Assembly (NCBI GenBank): GCA_964016885.1
Contig: OZ024742.1
Coordinates: forward strand, 180,668,001 to 180,732,000
From: Eledone cirrhosa
Lineage: Eukaryota
DNA length: 64,000 nt
Direction: 5' to 3'
Position numbers and translations under genes: made by a program. Positions 38,560 to 52,492 of this stretch are shown one piece after another. Under the pieces are notes generated by a model. That model made no database searches. It was not told the origin of the DNA and was given only the letters and a program-made list of their open reading frames with translations. How positions within the stretch are numbered: position 1 is the first letter of the stretch; each line of letters starts with the position of its first letter.

Positions 38560-41500
38560 CGGAATTAATAAATGAATATGAATCCGCGAGCTACCAAATA
38601 CCCATGCAAAGCTTTAATCCAGAGACAGGAAGCATACACAGCCCCCCTACAAAAATTCACCCCATCCTACAAGTGTTGGCAAATGTCCAAAACTCCAAGT
38701 TGGAACTATCAATGTAAGCAAAATGAAAGGAATAGCAGGATAAATTGTAGAGATGCTAGAGCGAAAGGAAATTGATGTATTCTGTGTGCAAGAGACTAGA
38801 TGGAGAGGAGAGTCCGCTAGAGTCCTCGTAGGCAAAAGTCAATGTTACAAATTTTTCTGGGTGGGAAATGACAACAGGATGGGAGGTGTAGGTATCCTAG
38901 TAGCTGACAAATGGGTAGATAAGGTAATCTCAGTGAACAGGGTCAATGCAAGAATCATTAAACTCAGACTAGTCCTGAATAAAACAATTGCTACAATAAT
39001 ATCAGCTTACGCACTCCCAATCGGAGTTAACAAACGATAATGACTCCCTAATCATTGCAAGAGATTTTAACAGACACGTTGGTAAACACCGTGATGGCTT
39101 CTATAGAGTCCATGAAGGCCTCGGGTTTGGCACAAGAAATGAAGAAGGCTTCAGGCTTCTGGAATTCTGCGACGCCAATGACATGTCGATATGTAACACA
39201 AACTTCAAAATCACCTATAGATCAGGGGAGTATTCTAGTCAGATAGATTTTATCCTCATCAGAGGGCGGGATAGATGGACGGTTGTAAACTCAAAAGCCT
39301 TCCCTGGTGAGGAATGTACCTCCCAAAATAACTTAGTTGTCAGCGACCTCACTGTCAAAACTAGAAAAACTTGGAAACAGAAGGCAACCAGGAGAAGAAA
39401 GTAACCGATTTAAAGATATTCTACTCAATGCCTATGACAGTAAAGAAGAACAGATAGAGACATTCAATGTAGAAGAGCACTGGGAGTTCCAAAAAAATAA
39501 CTTACTAGATCTGTGGTTGGAGTAAGACCAAGAGGCAGGAAGAGAGTGACTTGGTAGTGGAACAATAAGGTAGATGAGGCAGTTAAGGCTAAGAGACAGA
39601 CATGGAAAGAATGGAAGAATGGGGGAAGCAGGGTACTTTACATAGAGACCAGAAGGGAAGCTAGGCGACAAGTATACTTAGCTAGAAGGGAAGCGGAGAA
39701 TAGAAAATTTAAGCTTGTTTTGCAACGTGAGGACCAGAAACAGGAGGTGTTCAAAATAGTGAGGCAGTGTGTCAGAGAGAATGTGATGTCATTGGAGAGA
39801 AGTGTATCCAGAATGATAACGGTGAGCTTGCCCTCACAAATTCCGAGAAGAAAGCTGTGTGGAAGGGGCATTATGAAAGATTATTAAATGAGGAGAATGC
39901 ATGGGAAAACGAGACCCTACCCCAAGCGGACCCTATAGAGGGGCCAGCACTACAAGTCAGCAGCAGCGTAGTAAGTAAGGCAATCAAAGATATGAAGACG
40001 GGGAAGGCAACCGATCCATCAGGTATAGCTGCTGAGATGCTGAAGGCATCTGGATCGGTAGGTCACACCATAACCACATGAATTGTTAACCAGGTAATAC
40101 TAGAGGGTATCATACCAAAGGATTGGTGCAGCAGCATCATTGTCAATTGCTACAAGGGTAAAGGTGATGCACTAGATAGAGTAAACTATAGAGGTATAAA
40201 GCTGATGGACCACGTCATGAAAGTAACAGAACGAGTTATAGCACAGTTGATTAGGGACCGGGTAAAACTAGATGAGATGCAATTTGGGTTTGTACCAGGA
40301 AAAGGCACCACTGATGCCCTCTTCCTTGTGAGGCAGTTACAGGAAAAGTACTTAGCTAAAAGTAAGCCGCTCTACCTGGCATTCGTCGATCTGGAAAAAG
40401 CCTTTGACAGAGTCCCCCATGCTATAATCTGATGGGCTCTTAGAAAATTAGGAGTAGATGAATGGCTTGTGAAAGCTGTACAAGCCATGTATAGAGGAGC
40501 AGTCAACAAAGTTAGGGTTAGCAATGACTATAGCGAGGAATTTAGCATACAGGTCAGTGTCCACCAGGGCTCTGTTGTTAGCCCTCTCCTGTTCATTATA
40601 GTTTGCAGGCAATATTGGAGGAGTTTATGACCGGATGCCCATGGGAACTCCTATATGCAGATGATGTCGCACTTATAGCTGAATCTATGGTGGAACTAGA
40701 GAAGAAATTCCAAACATGGAAGCAGGGACTAGAAAGAAAGGGTCTCCAAGTCAACCTGACAAAGACTAATTTTCTTGTAAGTAGACGAGAAAACAGAACC
40801 CAGATCCCCCGAGGGAAATAGCCTTGCTCAGTATGTAGGAAAGGTGTAGGTAGGAACTCTATCCTCTGCCCCAAATGCAAACAATGGGTACACAAGAGAT
40901 GTAGTGGGATCTCATGAAGCTTAACTAAGAATGAGGCTTCATATTTAGCAGCTGCGCTGGGACAGCAAGCAGCAAATGGCCACAGGAAACAAGCACCATC
41001 AAACTCTGGGAGGGCTCTGTAGAAACAGTAGACATCTTCTGCTACCTAGGTGACCGAATTAGTAGCGGAGGTGGGTGTTTGGAAAGTACAATAACTAGGG
41101 TAAGAACAGGATGATAGAAGTTCAGGGAGCTAGCTGTGCAAAGGCTTTTCCCTGAAAATGAAAGGCAGACTGTATGATGCGTGTATACGAACAACAATGT
41201 TACATGGTAGTGAGACCTGGGCGCTGTCTGTAGAAGACTTGCGCAGATTAGAATCCGATGGATGTGTAATAGTAATATACGCGAACGTCAAAGCATAAAC
41301 GAACTAAGAGAGAGACTGAGCATAAGAGGAATCAAATGCTGTGTGCAGGACAGGAGGTTGCATTGGTATGGACATGTGATGTGTATGAGGGATGACAGCA
41401 GCATAAAAAGGTGCAGAGCACTAGAAGTCGATGGAAGCGGCGGAGTGGGGAGACCGAAGAAGACTTGGGATGAGGTGATAAAAGCCGACCTTACCCAATT

Positions 41501-41892
41501 GCACCCCTCAAGGGCGATGACACATGGCCGTGACCTCTGGCGTCACAAAGTAATACAGAAGACCTGACCCCCCATGGGTACAAGCCGAAGCTGAAGCATA
41601 TAGACAATATGCCCCACCCCGTCCCACTGCAAAGTGGTCGTGGAGTTGTCACGGCAAAAAAGCACCCAGCCCACACTGTAAAGTGGATGTGTAGGCGCCA
41701 CGGAAAAAAAGCACCCAGCACTCACTGTAAATGAGGTTGGTGTTAGGAAGGGCATCCAGCTATAGAAATCAATCCAGAATCAGTTCCTGTAGGAGCAAGA
41801 CAAAATCAGACGACTAGACACTGCCCACAACAGAACAAGCCGTCTAACCCATGCTAGCGTGGAAGAACGTACGTAAAATGGTGATGACGATT
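38560..41892 (+). mobile_element. Near full-length decayed RTE-clade LINE (APE endonuclease + RT)
   Basis: APE motifs VGTINV, VFCVQETRW and SQIDFIL; RT motifs QFGFVPGKGTTDA, AFVDLEKAFDRVP, VHQGS and LLYADD; C-terminal WYGHV...GRPKKTW; 3' UTR and (GAT)n tail. Many stops and frameshifts; the 5' boundary is approximate. Confidence 0.93.
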
Positions 41893-41908
41893 ATATATAT
41901 ATATATAT

Positions 41909-42672
41909 ACAAAGTGTTAAAACGATCAAATTTTAGTTTAGAACATTTATTTGCTGACAATTGTTTCTTCCAGAGGGAAGTCTGGAATCATCGGAGCATA
42001 AGGAATATTGAAACATGTAACTAAAATCCTAGTCATTTAGAACATGTAGTGTACATAATTGTTATTAGTGTCAAAGGTATCATGTGGAGAGTCAGGAGTT
42101 AAAAAGATGTTCTGCTTGAAAGAACACAATTACAGGCAGCACTGGTTGGAAGTGTAATAGGTATAAGTAAAAATCACAAGCAAAAAAAACACAGGCAAAA
42201 AAGTTATAAGCAAGGACAATTCGTGCACAATGCAGGAGTCAATACAGTCAATAAGGCATGTATGAGGAAAGAGTTATAATGCAGTTGTAATAAACATATT
42301 TTGTGTGGGGTGTTAACGCATGTTATAATTGTTATAAATGTTTAAGATAGTGTGCAATTTGTTAGAGAGGCATGTGGTGATAATGTAGGTATTTGTTATG
42401 TAAGGTGTAATGCAAAGCACTTGATAGAGTTGGGTATGGGATTTTCATTTAAGTGTTTTTGTGTTGTAGTTTGTATGTACATGTGTGTGTTGTTTGTTAT
42501 TCACAGCTATTAACCGTGGGATTATTTTAAGTCGTTTATAGTCAATAGGTGTTTGTTTGTTAAATGTAAATTCCGCCGAATTACTGGCCATGTTGTTATT
42601 TTAGGTATATTATTTTATCCATTTTTTATCTACAAATTATCTTTGCTAGGGTTTGTATTAACCGTTATTAAG

Positions 42673-42710
<38 letters not shown>

Positions 42711-43379
42711 GATAGTGTTTTATTTGGAGGCTACTACATTGTGACTTTGATGAAAATATATAAAAAATAAGGGGGAGAACTTGCAGGTCTTTATATGCCC
42801 TTATAGGTACTATATATAGAATAAACTAGTTTGCAGCTATATATATTTTATCACTTTTAAGCAGCCATCTTTGATAACTGAAAGTAACATGTTTTTTTCT
42901 TTCAATTCTGGAATTGGTGAATGGATCAGGCGGGATGTAATCTAAGAAATTGTTGAATCGTTTTGGAACTGGAATGATGTGCAGTACTGTGTAGGTATAT
43001 GTTAGCAACTGATTGTTATGTTCAAGACTCTTGTTGATTTGGGGTTTCAGTTTGGTTATTAATATATAAATCTTCTGGATAATAACTTGCTTTAATTCTG
43101 AGATTGCCAGTAATCCTCTCCCTATCCTTGATAGTAACTGTTATATCTTTATTTATGTTTTTACATTTATCTATGTATTTCTTGGAGAAGGATGTGTGTC
43201 TATTTAGGTGTTATTTGATATGAATGTATAGTGACCATATAGTGCTTCCAATGTAAAATCTTTTGTTTCTTAACGGCATAAGCTTAACCATAGTGTAAAC
43301 AATCTTGTAATATCTACACTCTACATTTCTTAAATATAGATTACTAAGTCTTACTGCTCTTAACAAAAAACATCTCATT

Positions 43380-43380
<1 letters not shown>
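41909..43380 (-). mobile_element. Decayed Penelope-like retroelement with GIY-YIG endonuclease remnant
   Basis: Minus strand ~43265-43030: FYIGSTIWSLYIHIK*HLN...GNLRIKASYY...ITKLKPQINK. There is a terminal hammerhead plus AATAAA at ~41945-41998, and (TA)n on both sides. Confidence 0.65.
41952..41998 (-). ncRNA. Minimal type I hammerhead ribozyme (CCGAUGA core variant)
   Basis: tgct CCGATGA ttccaga cttccc tctggaa GAAA caattg TC agca, then AATAAA. Perfect 7-bp stem II and palindromic stem III. Confidence 0.7.
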
Positions 43381-43825
<445 letters not shown>

Positions 43826-43948
43826 GGAGGTGAGTTTTATTGTAGTACAATAAAGCAATGCAGATATCGGATAAGAAGCACTCTACAGTTTGTAGGACTG
43901 GAGTATATATAATATATAAGAACAAAAGATGGTTAAAAGAGTTCCATG

Positions 43949-44019
43949 TATTTTATTATGCGCATTTCAAAAACAAATATCATCATGCAATAATATTTGT
44001 GTTTTCATCAGATAAAATA
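43949..44019 (-). ncRNA. Minimal type I hammerhead ribozyme
   Basis: Exact reverse complement of 44139-44209. Confidence 0.8.
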
Positions 44020-44138
44020 GGAAGACATGATATGAAGGTTAAAAAACACTTGTGGATAGTGCAGTTTTAAATCAACATATATGTTGATTTAAAACTGCGT
44101 ATCCACAAGTGTTTTTTAACCTTCATATCATGTCTTCC

Positions 44139-44209
44139 TATTTTATCTGATGAAAACACAAATATTATTGCATGATGATATTTGTTTTTGAAATGCGCAT
44201 AATAAAATA
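44139..44209 (+). ncRNA. Minimal type I hammerhead ribozyme
   Basis: tattttat CTGATGA aaacacaaatat (loop) atatttgttttt GAAA tgcgca TA ataaaata. 8-bp stem I, long stem II, palindromic stem III; predicted cleavage after 44201. Confidence 0.8.
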
Positions 44210-44246
44210 CATGGAACTCTTTTAACCATCTTTTGTTCTTATATAT

Positions 44247-44280
<34 letters not shown>

Positions 44281-44284
44281 TATA

Positions 44285-45417
44285 CTAGCAGTGTATCCCG
44301 GCGTTGCATGGGTAAGAACATTGGTAATAGCACCTCCAATGAGAAACTTTTATTTGTGAGTGCCTAATATATATCGACAGGAAACTTGTTTTATTTGGAG
44401 AAAATTAATAATTTGAAAGTACAGTTTAACTGTCTACGTGCATTGTTCATAGAAATATTGTTGAGCCCCTTCTTTTCATACTCCTCTGTTTTAGCCTATT
44501 GGAGTAAATGGGAAAAAAAAAGTCACAGGTTCAGTTGGCAGAAGGTTCCAGTGCCATAGCAGTAAGGCATAGGCTACTTACCTCAAAAGTTCATTTGCAC
44601 TCTTGTAACTAAGTTACTCTTTCTCTCTGTCCCTTGCGAATTTCTCGCGTAGGTTTGGTGTAGATTTGCACCCGATCCATCTGCCCGATGCACATGTCCG
44701 CTTTGTACGGCTTTTGGAGAAAGGAGTGACCAGCAGTACGTTGTTCGGTATTATTACGAAAAGGTGTAGCAGAGAATTCCGCATGAACTAACAGCTCGGG
44801 AGGAAAATGCTTACCTCAAAGATTCATTTGCCATCATTCTTGTCAACGCTCCGTTTAGTTGGTATTTGTTGGTCTACAGTCAGATGAATGGCGCACAAAG
44901 AGTTAATGTTTATTGGCAAGAAGTGGCAACTGGTCTGGCTTGCCTCACTTATATCATATATTAAAATAACAGATTAAAGTTTAAGCAAAGAATCGCTGCT
45001 TTCAGCCTTAATGGGATCTTCTGAAACTAAAAAAATCAATCTGTGAACGCAGAAGTAAATATTTCGAAAAATGTTGCAACCGAAGGAAAACAGGAAGACG
45101 ATACTTTGGTTCATGAAGACGTTCCCTGGCAATGAACGGAAAATAGCGAACATAATATGTCATCAATGTTCGTCAAAATGTCATAATGCAGACAGCCAGG
45201 CATACAGGCAGATATTATAAGGGCGCGATGGAGATAGATAACCGGCGCTTAACACCCCTTTAACAACAGAAAATTGAAAAATAAAAGCTGTAGTTAATAT
45301 CTTTAGACCACAAGGAATATATAAATGCAAGTTTGAAGTCAATCGGAGTAGAAATATGGATTTCTATAGACTTTGCAAAAATGAGGCAACACACACACAG
45401 ACAACTACAATTTTATA

Positions 45418-45421
<4 letters not shown>
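44285..45421 (-). mobile_element. Non-autonomous Helitron with captured internal sequence
   Basis: Minus-strand 3' end CCCATGCAACGCCGGGATACACTGCTAG|T; 5' end ATATATAAAATTGTAGTTGTCTGTGTGTG. Confidence 0.75.
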
Positions 45422-45485
<64 letters not shown>

Positions 45486-45912
45486 AGGTAGGTCTATAAC
45501 GATAGTTAGAAGCAGTTTGCCAGTCATAGCACTCAATGCAGTTCTAAAGGTCCATCACGTATAGGGTTTATACTTCCATGCAGCTAAGTGCTAAGTGCTA
45601 CTGTAACTTGCAGTATAAATAAATGCAACCTTGAGACTCTGTCCCTGCTTACTTTTATATATATTTAATATATATATCTATATCTGTGTGCTGTTGATGG
45701 ACATGAGAATGTGTACTCAATAGTGAAGTAAAGTTTAGATATTTTTATTATGGCTAAGTGATGATTCTTATTACTCTTGAGTACCACCTGTGTAGTCACA
45801 AGATCAGCAGACAAGACATTCTTATTTGATAAACCAGTGATCACATAGATGAATCCCCAGTGTTACAAGACCCATTACTTAGCTATAATAAAATCTATAT
45901 ATATATATATAT

Positions 45913-46183
45913 CGACTATCCAGCGAACCTTCAACCGTCAAGGTTGTTTTTCTAAGGGATGTCAACATTTATAAAACAAATTTTGTATTTTATCTGATGA
46001 AAGCGCACCAAAACTGCCTTGGTTGCCCTTGAAATATATATAATAAAATAATTATGGTTTTATAAATAGAGTTTCCATTTATTAATATATTGAATATTTA
46101 CTCCAGTAATCTGTTAAGTGCTTTATATCAGTTATAAAACTTTTAAGCATGTTGAATCGCAACAAATTAAATATAACTTCTGC

Positions 46184-46185
<2 letters not shown>
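45913..46185 (+). mobile_element. Solo Penelope-like terminal fragment between (TA)n tracts
   Basis: Contains a hammerhead. The downstream TACTCCAGT...AGTGCTT motif resembles the reverse complement of 43870-43905. Confidence 0.6.
45986..46050 (+). ncRNA. Minimal type I hammerhead ribozyme
   Basis: tattttat CTGATGA aagcgcaccaa aactgcc ttggttgccctt GAAA tatata TA ataaaata. Same stem I as 44139-44209 but different, still-pairing stems II and III. Confidence 0.8.
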
Positions 46186-46238
<53 letters not shown>

Positions 46239-46365
46239 TATTATATCATCTATTTATGTTCATACATGGATCAAAAGCACTACCCAAGGTCTCAATGTCC
46301 AAATTTGACCATACCTCCAGAAAACAAGAGGCCTCAAAATAGTAACCTTTCTTCAGGTGCTATAT

Positions 46366-46559
46366 AAATTGAATTAGAAGATTTTCCTGAAGTTTGACTA
46401 AATAATAATGGTCTAATGATAATGGGGAATATAAACCTACTGAACAGAAAATGATGTGTGCTGATGCCCATATTTTTCTCTTCAGTGGGTTTATATGTCC
46501 TGTTATTATTAAGCTATTTTATTCAGTCAAAGTTACAGCAAAATCTTCTAATCCAATTT
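46366..46559. mobile_element. Palindromic MITE-like element (same family as 32345-32503)
   Basis: Arms AAATTGAATTAGAAGATTTT...TTTGACTAAATAA / TTATTCAGTCAAAG...AAAATCTTCTAATCCAATTT. Confidence 0.6.
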
Positions 46560-46944
46560 CCAAATTCCGCTCAGTTTCCTAAAGTCATGTTCTTTATATA
46601 CATATATACTGCCTATCTATATATATATATATATATTTATGTGTGTGTACATGTGTTTGTATACATACATACTTATGTGTGTGTATGTATATATTTGTTT
46701 GAATGTGTGTGTATGTTGTGTTTGCATACATAGCAATTACCATTAACGTTTTACTGAAGACCAAATATGTCCAATCCAGTACAATAATACCTTCCCATTT
46801 GAAACAACTGAGAGGAGTCTAATGACATTTTAATGGAAAACAGATAATCTGCTTAACTGTAGAGTCAAACATTATTACATTGGTAGGCTATTGTCCTTAT
46901 TAAGTCCATTTTAGTGTCATCTCCATAGAATTGGTTGAAATTGG

Positions 46945-47170
46945 CTGGTGTTGTTGCTGTGGGTGGTGTTGATGTTGTTGGTGTTGTTGTTGGTGGTGCT
47001 GTTGATGTTGGTGGTGGTGTTGTTGTTGCTGCAGCTGTTGGTGGTGGTGTTGTTGTTGTTGGTGGTGTTGTTGTTGATGTTGGTGGTGGTGTTGTTATTG
47101 GGGGTGTTGTTGTTGCTGCTGCTGCTGCTGTTGATAGTGGTGGTGATGTTATTGGTGGCGTTGTTGTTTT
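46945..47170. repeat. Degenerate (TGT/TGG)n tract
   Basis: Seen directly. Confidence 0.9.
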
Positions 47171-47862
47171 TGTGTGAGCATTTCTATTTTGTTCCAAGTT
47201 CATGATAAAGACAAAAGACTTTCGCTCAAACTTACAAGCTAATTACATGCTGTTTCCATTGGTTACAACAATAAAATATATTTATATAACCACGGGACAA
47301 TGATGCAGCATCTACACATTCATCAAACCTGCTGGAAATAGCGGCCAAATATTTCTCAAATTACACATTACTGTCTTAACACAATTGCTAGAAATGGCCC
47401 CTGGTTCCACAATAGAAACCTGTTTAGTTTAAAATCTTAATACTAATCTAAAAATCTTCCATAGTTTTATGCAAAAAAAAACTTTTTTCAGTAATGTTTT
47501 AAACCCCAGCATAATAAGAAAGTTATCTTACCAAAAATCTCTAAATTCTTGGTTACTTGCAAAATTATTTGAAAATCATAGACTGTCTTTCATTAGAAAT
47601 ATTGCAATTGAAAGATTAAGAAAGAAAGAATAGAACATATTGAATAATATATTCTTGGATACTTTATGTTCTAAAATAAAAGAAGGGCAATTATAGATGA
47701 AATGTGTTTGATCATATGCCTGACCATGGATCATAATGCTGCTTGATTGGAACTAAATAACTAATTGACACCAACAACAATAACTTATGTATTTTTACAG
47801 ATTTGGTGGATTCAATCTTCTCTGGACCTACAGGAGAATATGTCATTATTAGGTACATAGAG

Positions 47863-48330
47863 AGCGGTGAATTGGCAGTATTGGTAGAGCGTTGGACATT
47901 AGGCTTTGCAGCATAGAGTTACAGCCCTTTGCATTCTGAGTTCAAGTTCCACTGAGGTTAGCTTTGCATGTCATCCTTACAGGGTCTATAAGATAAAGCA
48001 CCAGTAATTCATTGGGGTCAATTTAATTTACTTTCCCCTCTCCACAAATTGCTGGCCTTGTGCCTGTGGTAGAAATCATTGTTAGGTACATAGGAGAAAT
48101 TAAACTTGTTACGTCTAATTAAAGTAAAAATATCAATTAACTCAATAGTGCTGGTGGCGATGAGGATGAGGGGGGGGGGGCAGTGGTGATAATGATGTTC
48201 ATAATAATTGTTTCTACTTTTGGCACAAGCCAGCAATTATCCCAGTGTATTACTGGTACTTTATTTTATTGACCCCGTAAGGATGAACAGCAAAGTTAAC
48301 GTTGGTGACATTTTAACTGAGACCATGAAA
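47863..48330. mobile_element. Two SINE family B copies (+ 47863-48080 with TSD TTAGGTACATAG; - ~48202-48330)
   Basis: Both match the family consensus. Confidence 0.8.
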
Positions 48331-51204
48331 GGCCATATGATGATGAGTATGGTCTATAACAGAATTATCCTACTTCAAGATTCGCTGGATATCTGAACCT
48401 CATGATCCCCACTCAAGCAATAAAATGTATTCCCAGAATGATCATCCTAATTTGTTATGGGTGACTAAAATTTCATTATCTAGTGAATCACACTACCAAT
48501 GTCATTCAAATAATTTTGAACACAATCAAGAATTTGGAAGGATTTAGTGATTTAACAAAATTTCCAATTATTAAGTTAATATTTTGTGCATAACTTAACA
48601 AAGGTTCTTACCTAAAATTACAATGGAAGGTTTTAAGACATGTTAGCCTATCTAGTGTTTGTGATCTACACAAAAAAAGCACCTAGTATATGCTGTAAAG
48701 GAGGGGCAACCAGCTGTAGAAAACTTGCCAAAAAATGGTTTGGGAGAACCCTTCAGTTATGTCAAAGACTTGACAACCTCTCTTGTGCATGTGCATATGG
48801 TAGAACATAAGACCATACTTGAGATGCAGACATCCCCAGCCTGTCTGGGGGTGGGGGGTCAGTAGCCCTGCTTTAGTATTGACTTGTTATACGTAGACAT
48901 TTGAAACCTTTGCTAGCAGGGAAAGCAAACATTAAAAATGATGCTGATGATAAAGCTAAGTATATGAAAATATATAGCTTTGATTTGTAGAAATATGGAT
49001 GATTTCAGGAAGTTTGGTATTTTAAGGGGGAAATAAACTCATACTAACTAGATGTAGGAATGTTTGTAGTAAATTAAATAAAGGGTATTGTTCATTTGAT
49101 GGAGGCTAAAAAATAAATAAGTTATTGCTGACCAAGAGGTTGTAGCGTCAGTCTGCTAAGTGAAGGGTCAATAGGTCATATCTTATAGTTAATGACCTAA
49201 GGGTCCAATCTTTTGCAAGCATTCTGACCAATCTCATTAGGCTCATAGGCCCTGAAAAAGGTCATGGACACTCCCCTTCACTTTTGGACTAAACATGCAT
49301 GGTTTTATATTTAAGAGGCTCACTCCACGCCATATGGTTTCAAGTTCAGTCCTACTGCATGGGACACTATAGCCTTGAGTTGACCAATAACCTGTGAGTA
49401 ACATTTTGTGGAGAGAAACAGAGTCCCATCACATGTGTGTCTATGTGCCCATCTGTGTGTTTATGTCCCATAACTCACCAGTTTGATAAAAGCAATACTA
49501 TTGAAATAAGTACTTCATTTGCACAAAGCAAGTATTGAGATGTTATCATCAACTTAAACCTTTCAATATAGTGCTGCAGAATAAAAGAGTTTGGTGTAAA
49601 AATAGATACTGATTTGCTGCTCTCTCTCTCTCCCTCTGTTTTGGTATGAACCATAATTTGGTAAACAAGCAGGGGTTGATTAAACATACATAAGGCCTAC
49701 TGGCTGTAAATTTAAGCAGAGACCTTGTATATTATTTATGATGTTAAAAAGGTTAATTTAGGCATTTTAAACTTTTCATTACTATATTCCCAATGAAAGA
49801 CACTACCTACGATTTTCAAAAAAAAATTTAAATGGAGAAATATGTGACAAAAGTTTAATGGTAAAATTGTGGGTCAGTTTATAGACAAGGTCAATATTTT
49901 GTTGATTATCACTAACTTCAAAATTCTATGTAAATGTGGTGCTAAAATATTTTTGCTTTCACCGGTTTCACTTTCAAAGTGAAATTCGTATTTCATATTG
50001 GTTTTATATTTTGAATGAATATGGCCTTCAAAATTATTAGGATTTGGTAAAAATCATTACATAATGGAGTTGGGAAGGAAACATTATACTCTTAATGACA
50101 TTTAAAACATTTTAAATATTAAAATATTAAATTCTTATTTATTCTCCACACATGAGAATTTCAAAACTACACCATCTAAACATAATGTGTTGATTACCTG
50201 CCTTGGATTATAAATGGGGTTTGGATTTTTACCTATTTCTCAGATATAAAATAAGGGGTCGACTTATATTCAAGTATATGCAGTAAGTTTCTCGTTATAA
50301 ACACTTTAAAGTAAACAGTTTTGTATCATAAAACAAGGGTCAGCTTTAGATAGTTTGGTATTAAAAGAGTTTAATATTATGAGGCGTCTACAGTACAATC
50401 AGCCACCTTCCACCTCACTGCCCACAAATGTGCCACTATAGATTAGGTTTCAATTTCAGACCCAAACATCTAATGGACATATTGCTCACAAATATGTATG
50501 TGTTGCAAAAAAATAAAGCCGTAAGCATTTTACGTTGAAAAAAACCCCAAAGCATGGAATTTACAGCTCATACCTACACACACACACATGCTGTTGTTAC
50601 AGCTTACACAGATTTCGATTTAGCCGGCCTCCTATGAGTTATATTTCATAGGTGATTTCTTAGGTGCTTTCCTGATAGGGGTCCCAACCCTAACATGAAA
50701 AGCATCATGAAATGAAATATCTTATTAAGAAAGCAATGTACCACATGGTCCAAATATTAAAACTACCACCTTATAATCATGAGTCCAACACCCTAACCAC
50801 TAGGCCACATGCCTTCACACTCAATGTTTTTTCTTCTACTACATTTATATAAAAATCCTTGAGAATCTTTGCAGTTGTGAAATAATAACGATTATATTAT
50901 TGATGATATTGATATTATTATTATTAGTATTACCATTGTTGACATTGTTGTTTCTTTTTGATATTATTTGTATTTTAGTATTTGTTAAAAAGAAAAAAAA
51001 CAAACCTACAGAAAACAAACCTACAAAACAAAAACAAAAATCCAATCCAACAAATCTCAACTCTGAGTGAAATCAAAATTTAATGAGGTTGAATTTCAAA
51101 TGAATTATTATTGATTTCCATTCAAATTTTGACAGATTGTCTCTTATGGCTCAATAACAACAACAACAACAACCATAATGATGATGATAATGATGATAAT
51201 AGTA

Positions 51205-51480
51205 ATAATTCTTTCTACTTTTGGCACAAGGCCAGCAATTTCCCAGTACATTACTGGTACTTTATTTTATCGACCCCATAAGGATGAAAGGCAAAGTTAA
51301 TCTCAGTGGGATTTGAACTCAGTTTGTAAAGGGACATAACTCTATGCTGGAAATAATAATTGTTTCTAATTTTTGGCACAAGACAAGCAATTTCAAAGAA
51401 ACGAGTAAGTTGATTATATTGAACCCAGTACTTATCTGGTACTTTATTATATCAATTCTGGAAGGATGAAAGTCAAAGTG
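51205..51480 (-). mobile_element. Two tandem partial SINE family B copies
   Basis: Reverse complement of the consensus 3' halves. Confidence 0.8.
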
Positions 51481-52127
51481 CATTTCATTTTCTAAACTCA
51501 ATTTACACATAATTTCTTTCATTTCTACATAGACTCTTATTTGTATCATCATCTGTGTGTGCGTGTGTGTGTATGAGTATGTATGTGTATTTGAAAGTAT
51601 CAGCATGCATAATACATAAGGTTTGCTCTTCAATCTATTTCTCTATCATTTTATTTTTTTATTTTTTGCCATTCTATTGGAGGGTGACAAAATTATTTCA
51701 TTAATGGTCATTTACTTCATTTAACCCTATCTGACCACCTCAACTCTGCACCCTTCACCTACCACATACCCCAATACAATTCTCACTTTATTACTTTCTT
51801 GTTTTCTTATCAATAAAAGATGACAATTGATTTCCACACAGATTTTTTTTTATTTGTACATACACACTTATCACTCTATCCTCACTCTATCCTCACCATC
51901 ACCTACCCAGAGACAACCCTGTCTATATATATCATCAAAATATCACAGGTTTGACAGGAGAATGTTCTCCACTAAAGTAAACAAGGACTCATTGTAAAAG
52001 ATTGGATTATCAAAGTGAAGTCACTTTTCAGTAGTTTTCAAATATATTTTACTGTATCGAGGATTTGCTCATTTTCCATAATAATAAATACAAGTACCAA
52101 AATCCAGAGAGTACTTGATAAGGGTTG

Positions 52128-52162
<35 letters not shown>

Positions 52163-52492
52163 GTATAAATCCATAGAGCAAATAGTTATTATTAGTGCAG
52201 ATTTTAATCTGTGCTAATAATAAGATTAAGCAAACAATTTCAGCTTTCACCCTAAAGTGGAATCATCTGAAAGTGAGAAATATCAATCTGTGGACACAGA
52301 AGTAAATATTAAAAATAAATTATGATCAAATATTGCCTTTGGAAAATAGAAAGACATAATGGTAGTGCATGAAAACATTCTCTTGAGGCGCAGCAAAAAT
52401 GTATGCAAGGAGAATTATGTCATTAAGAGAAGTGAGAAGAAAACATTCTGGCTATGAAAATATCAGGAGATAAATTACTTCTTATTAACTTA

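Larger units (their letters stand above)
43823..44254. mobile_element. Palindromic Penelope-like terminal element with two inverted hammerheads
   Basis: 43904-44254 is a near-perfect spacerless palindrome centred at 44079/44080. The left arm extends ~80 bp further, and the element is flanked by (TA)n. Confidence 0.75.

Noticed and set aside
38560-41892. Intact reverse transcriptase CDS
   Set aside because: Numerous stops and frameshifts; annotated as a decayed mobile element.
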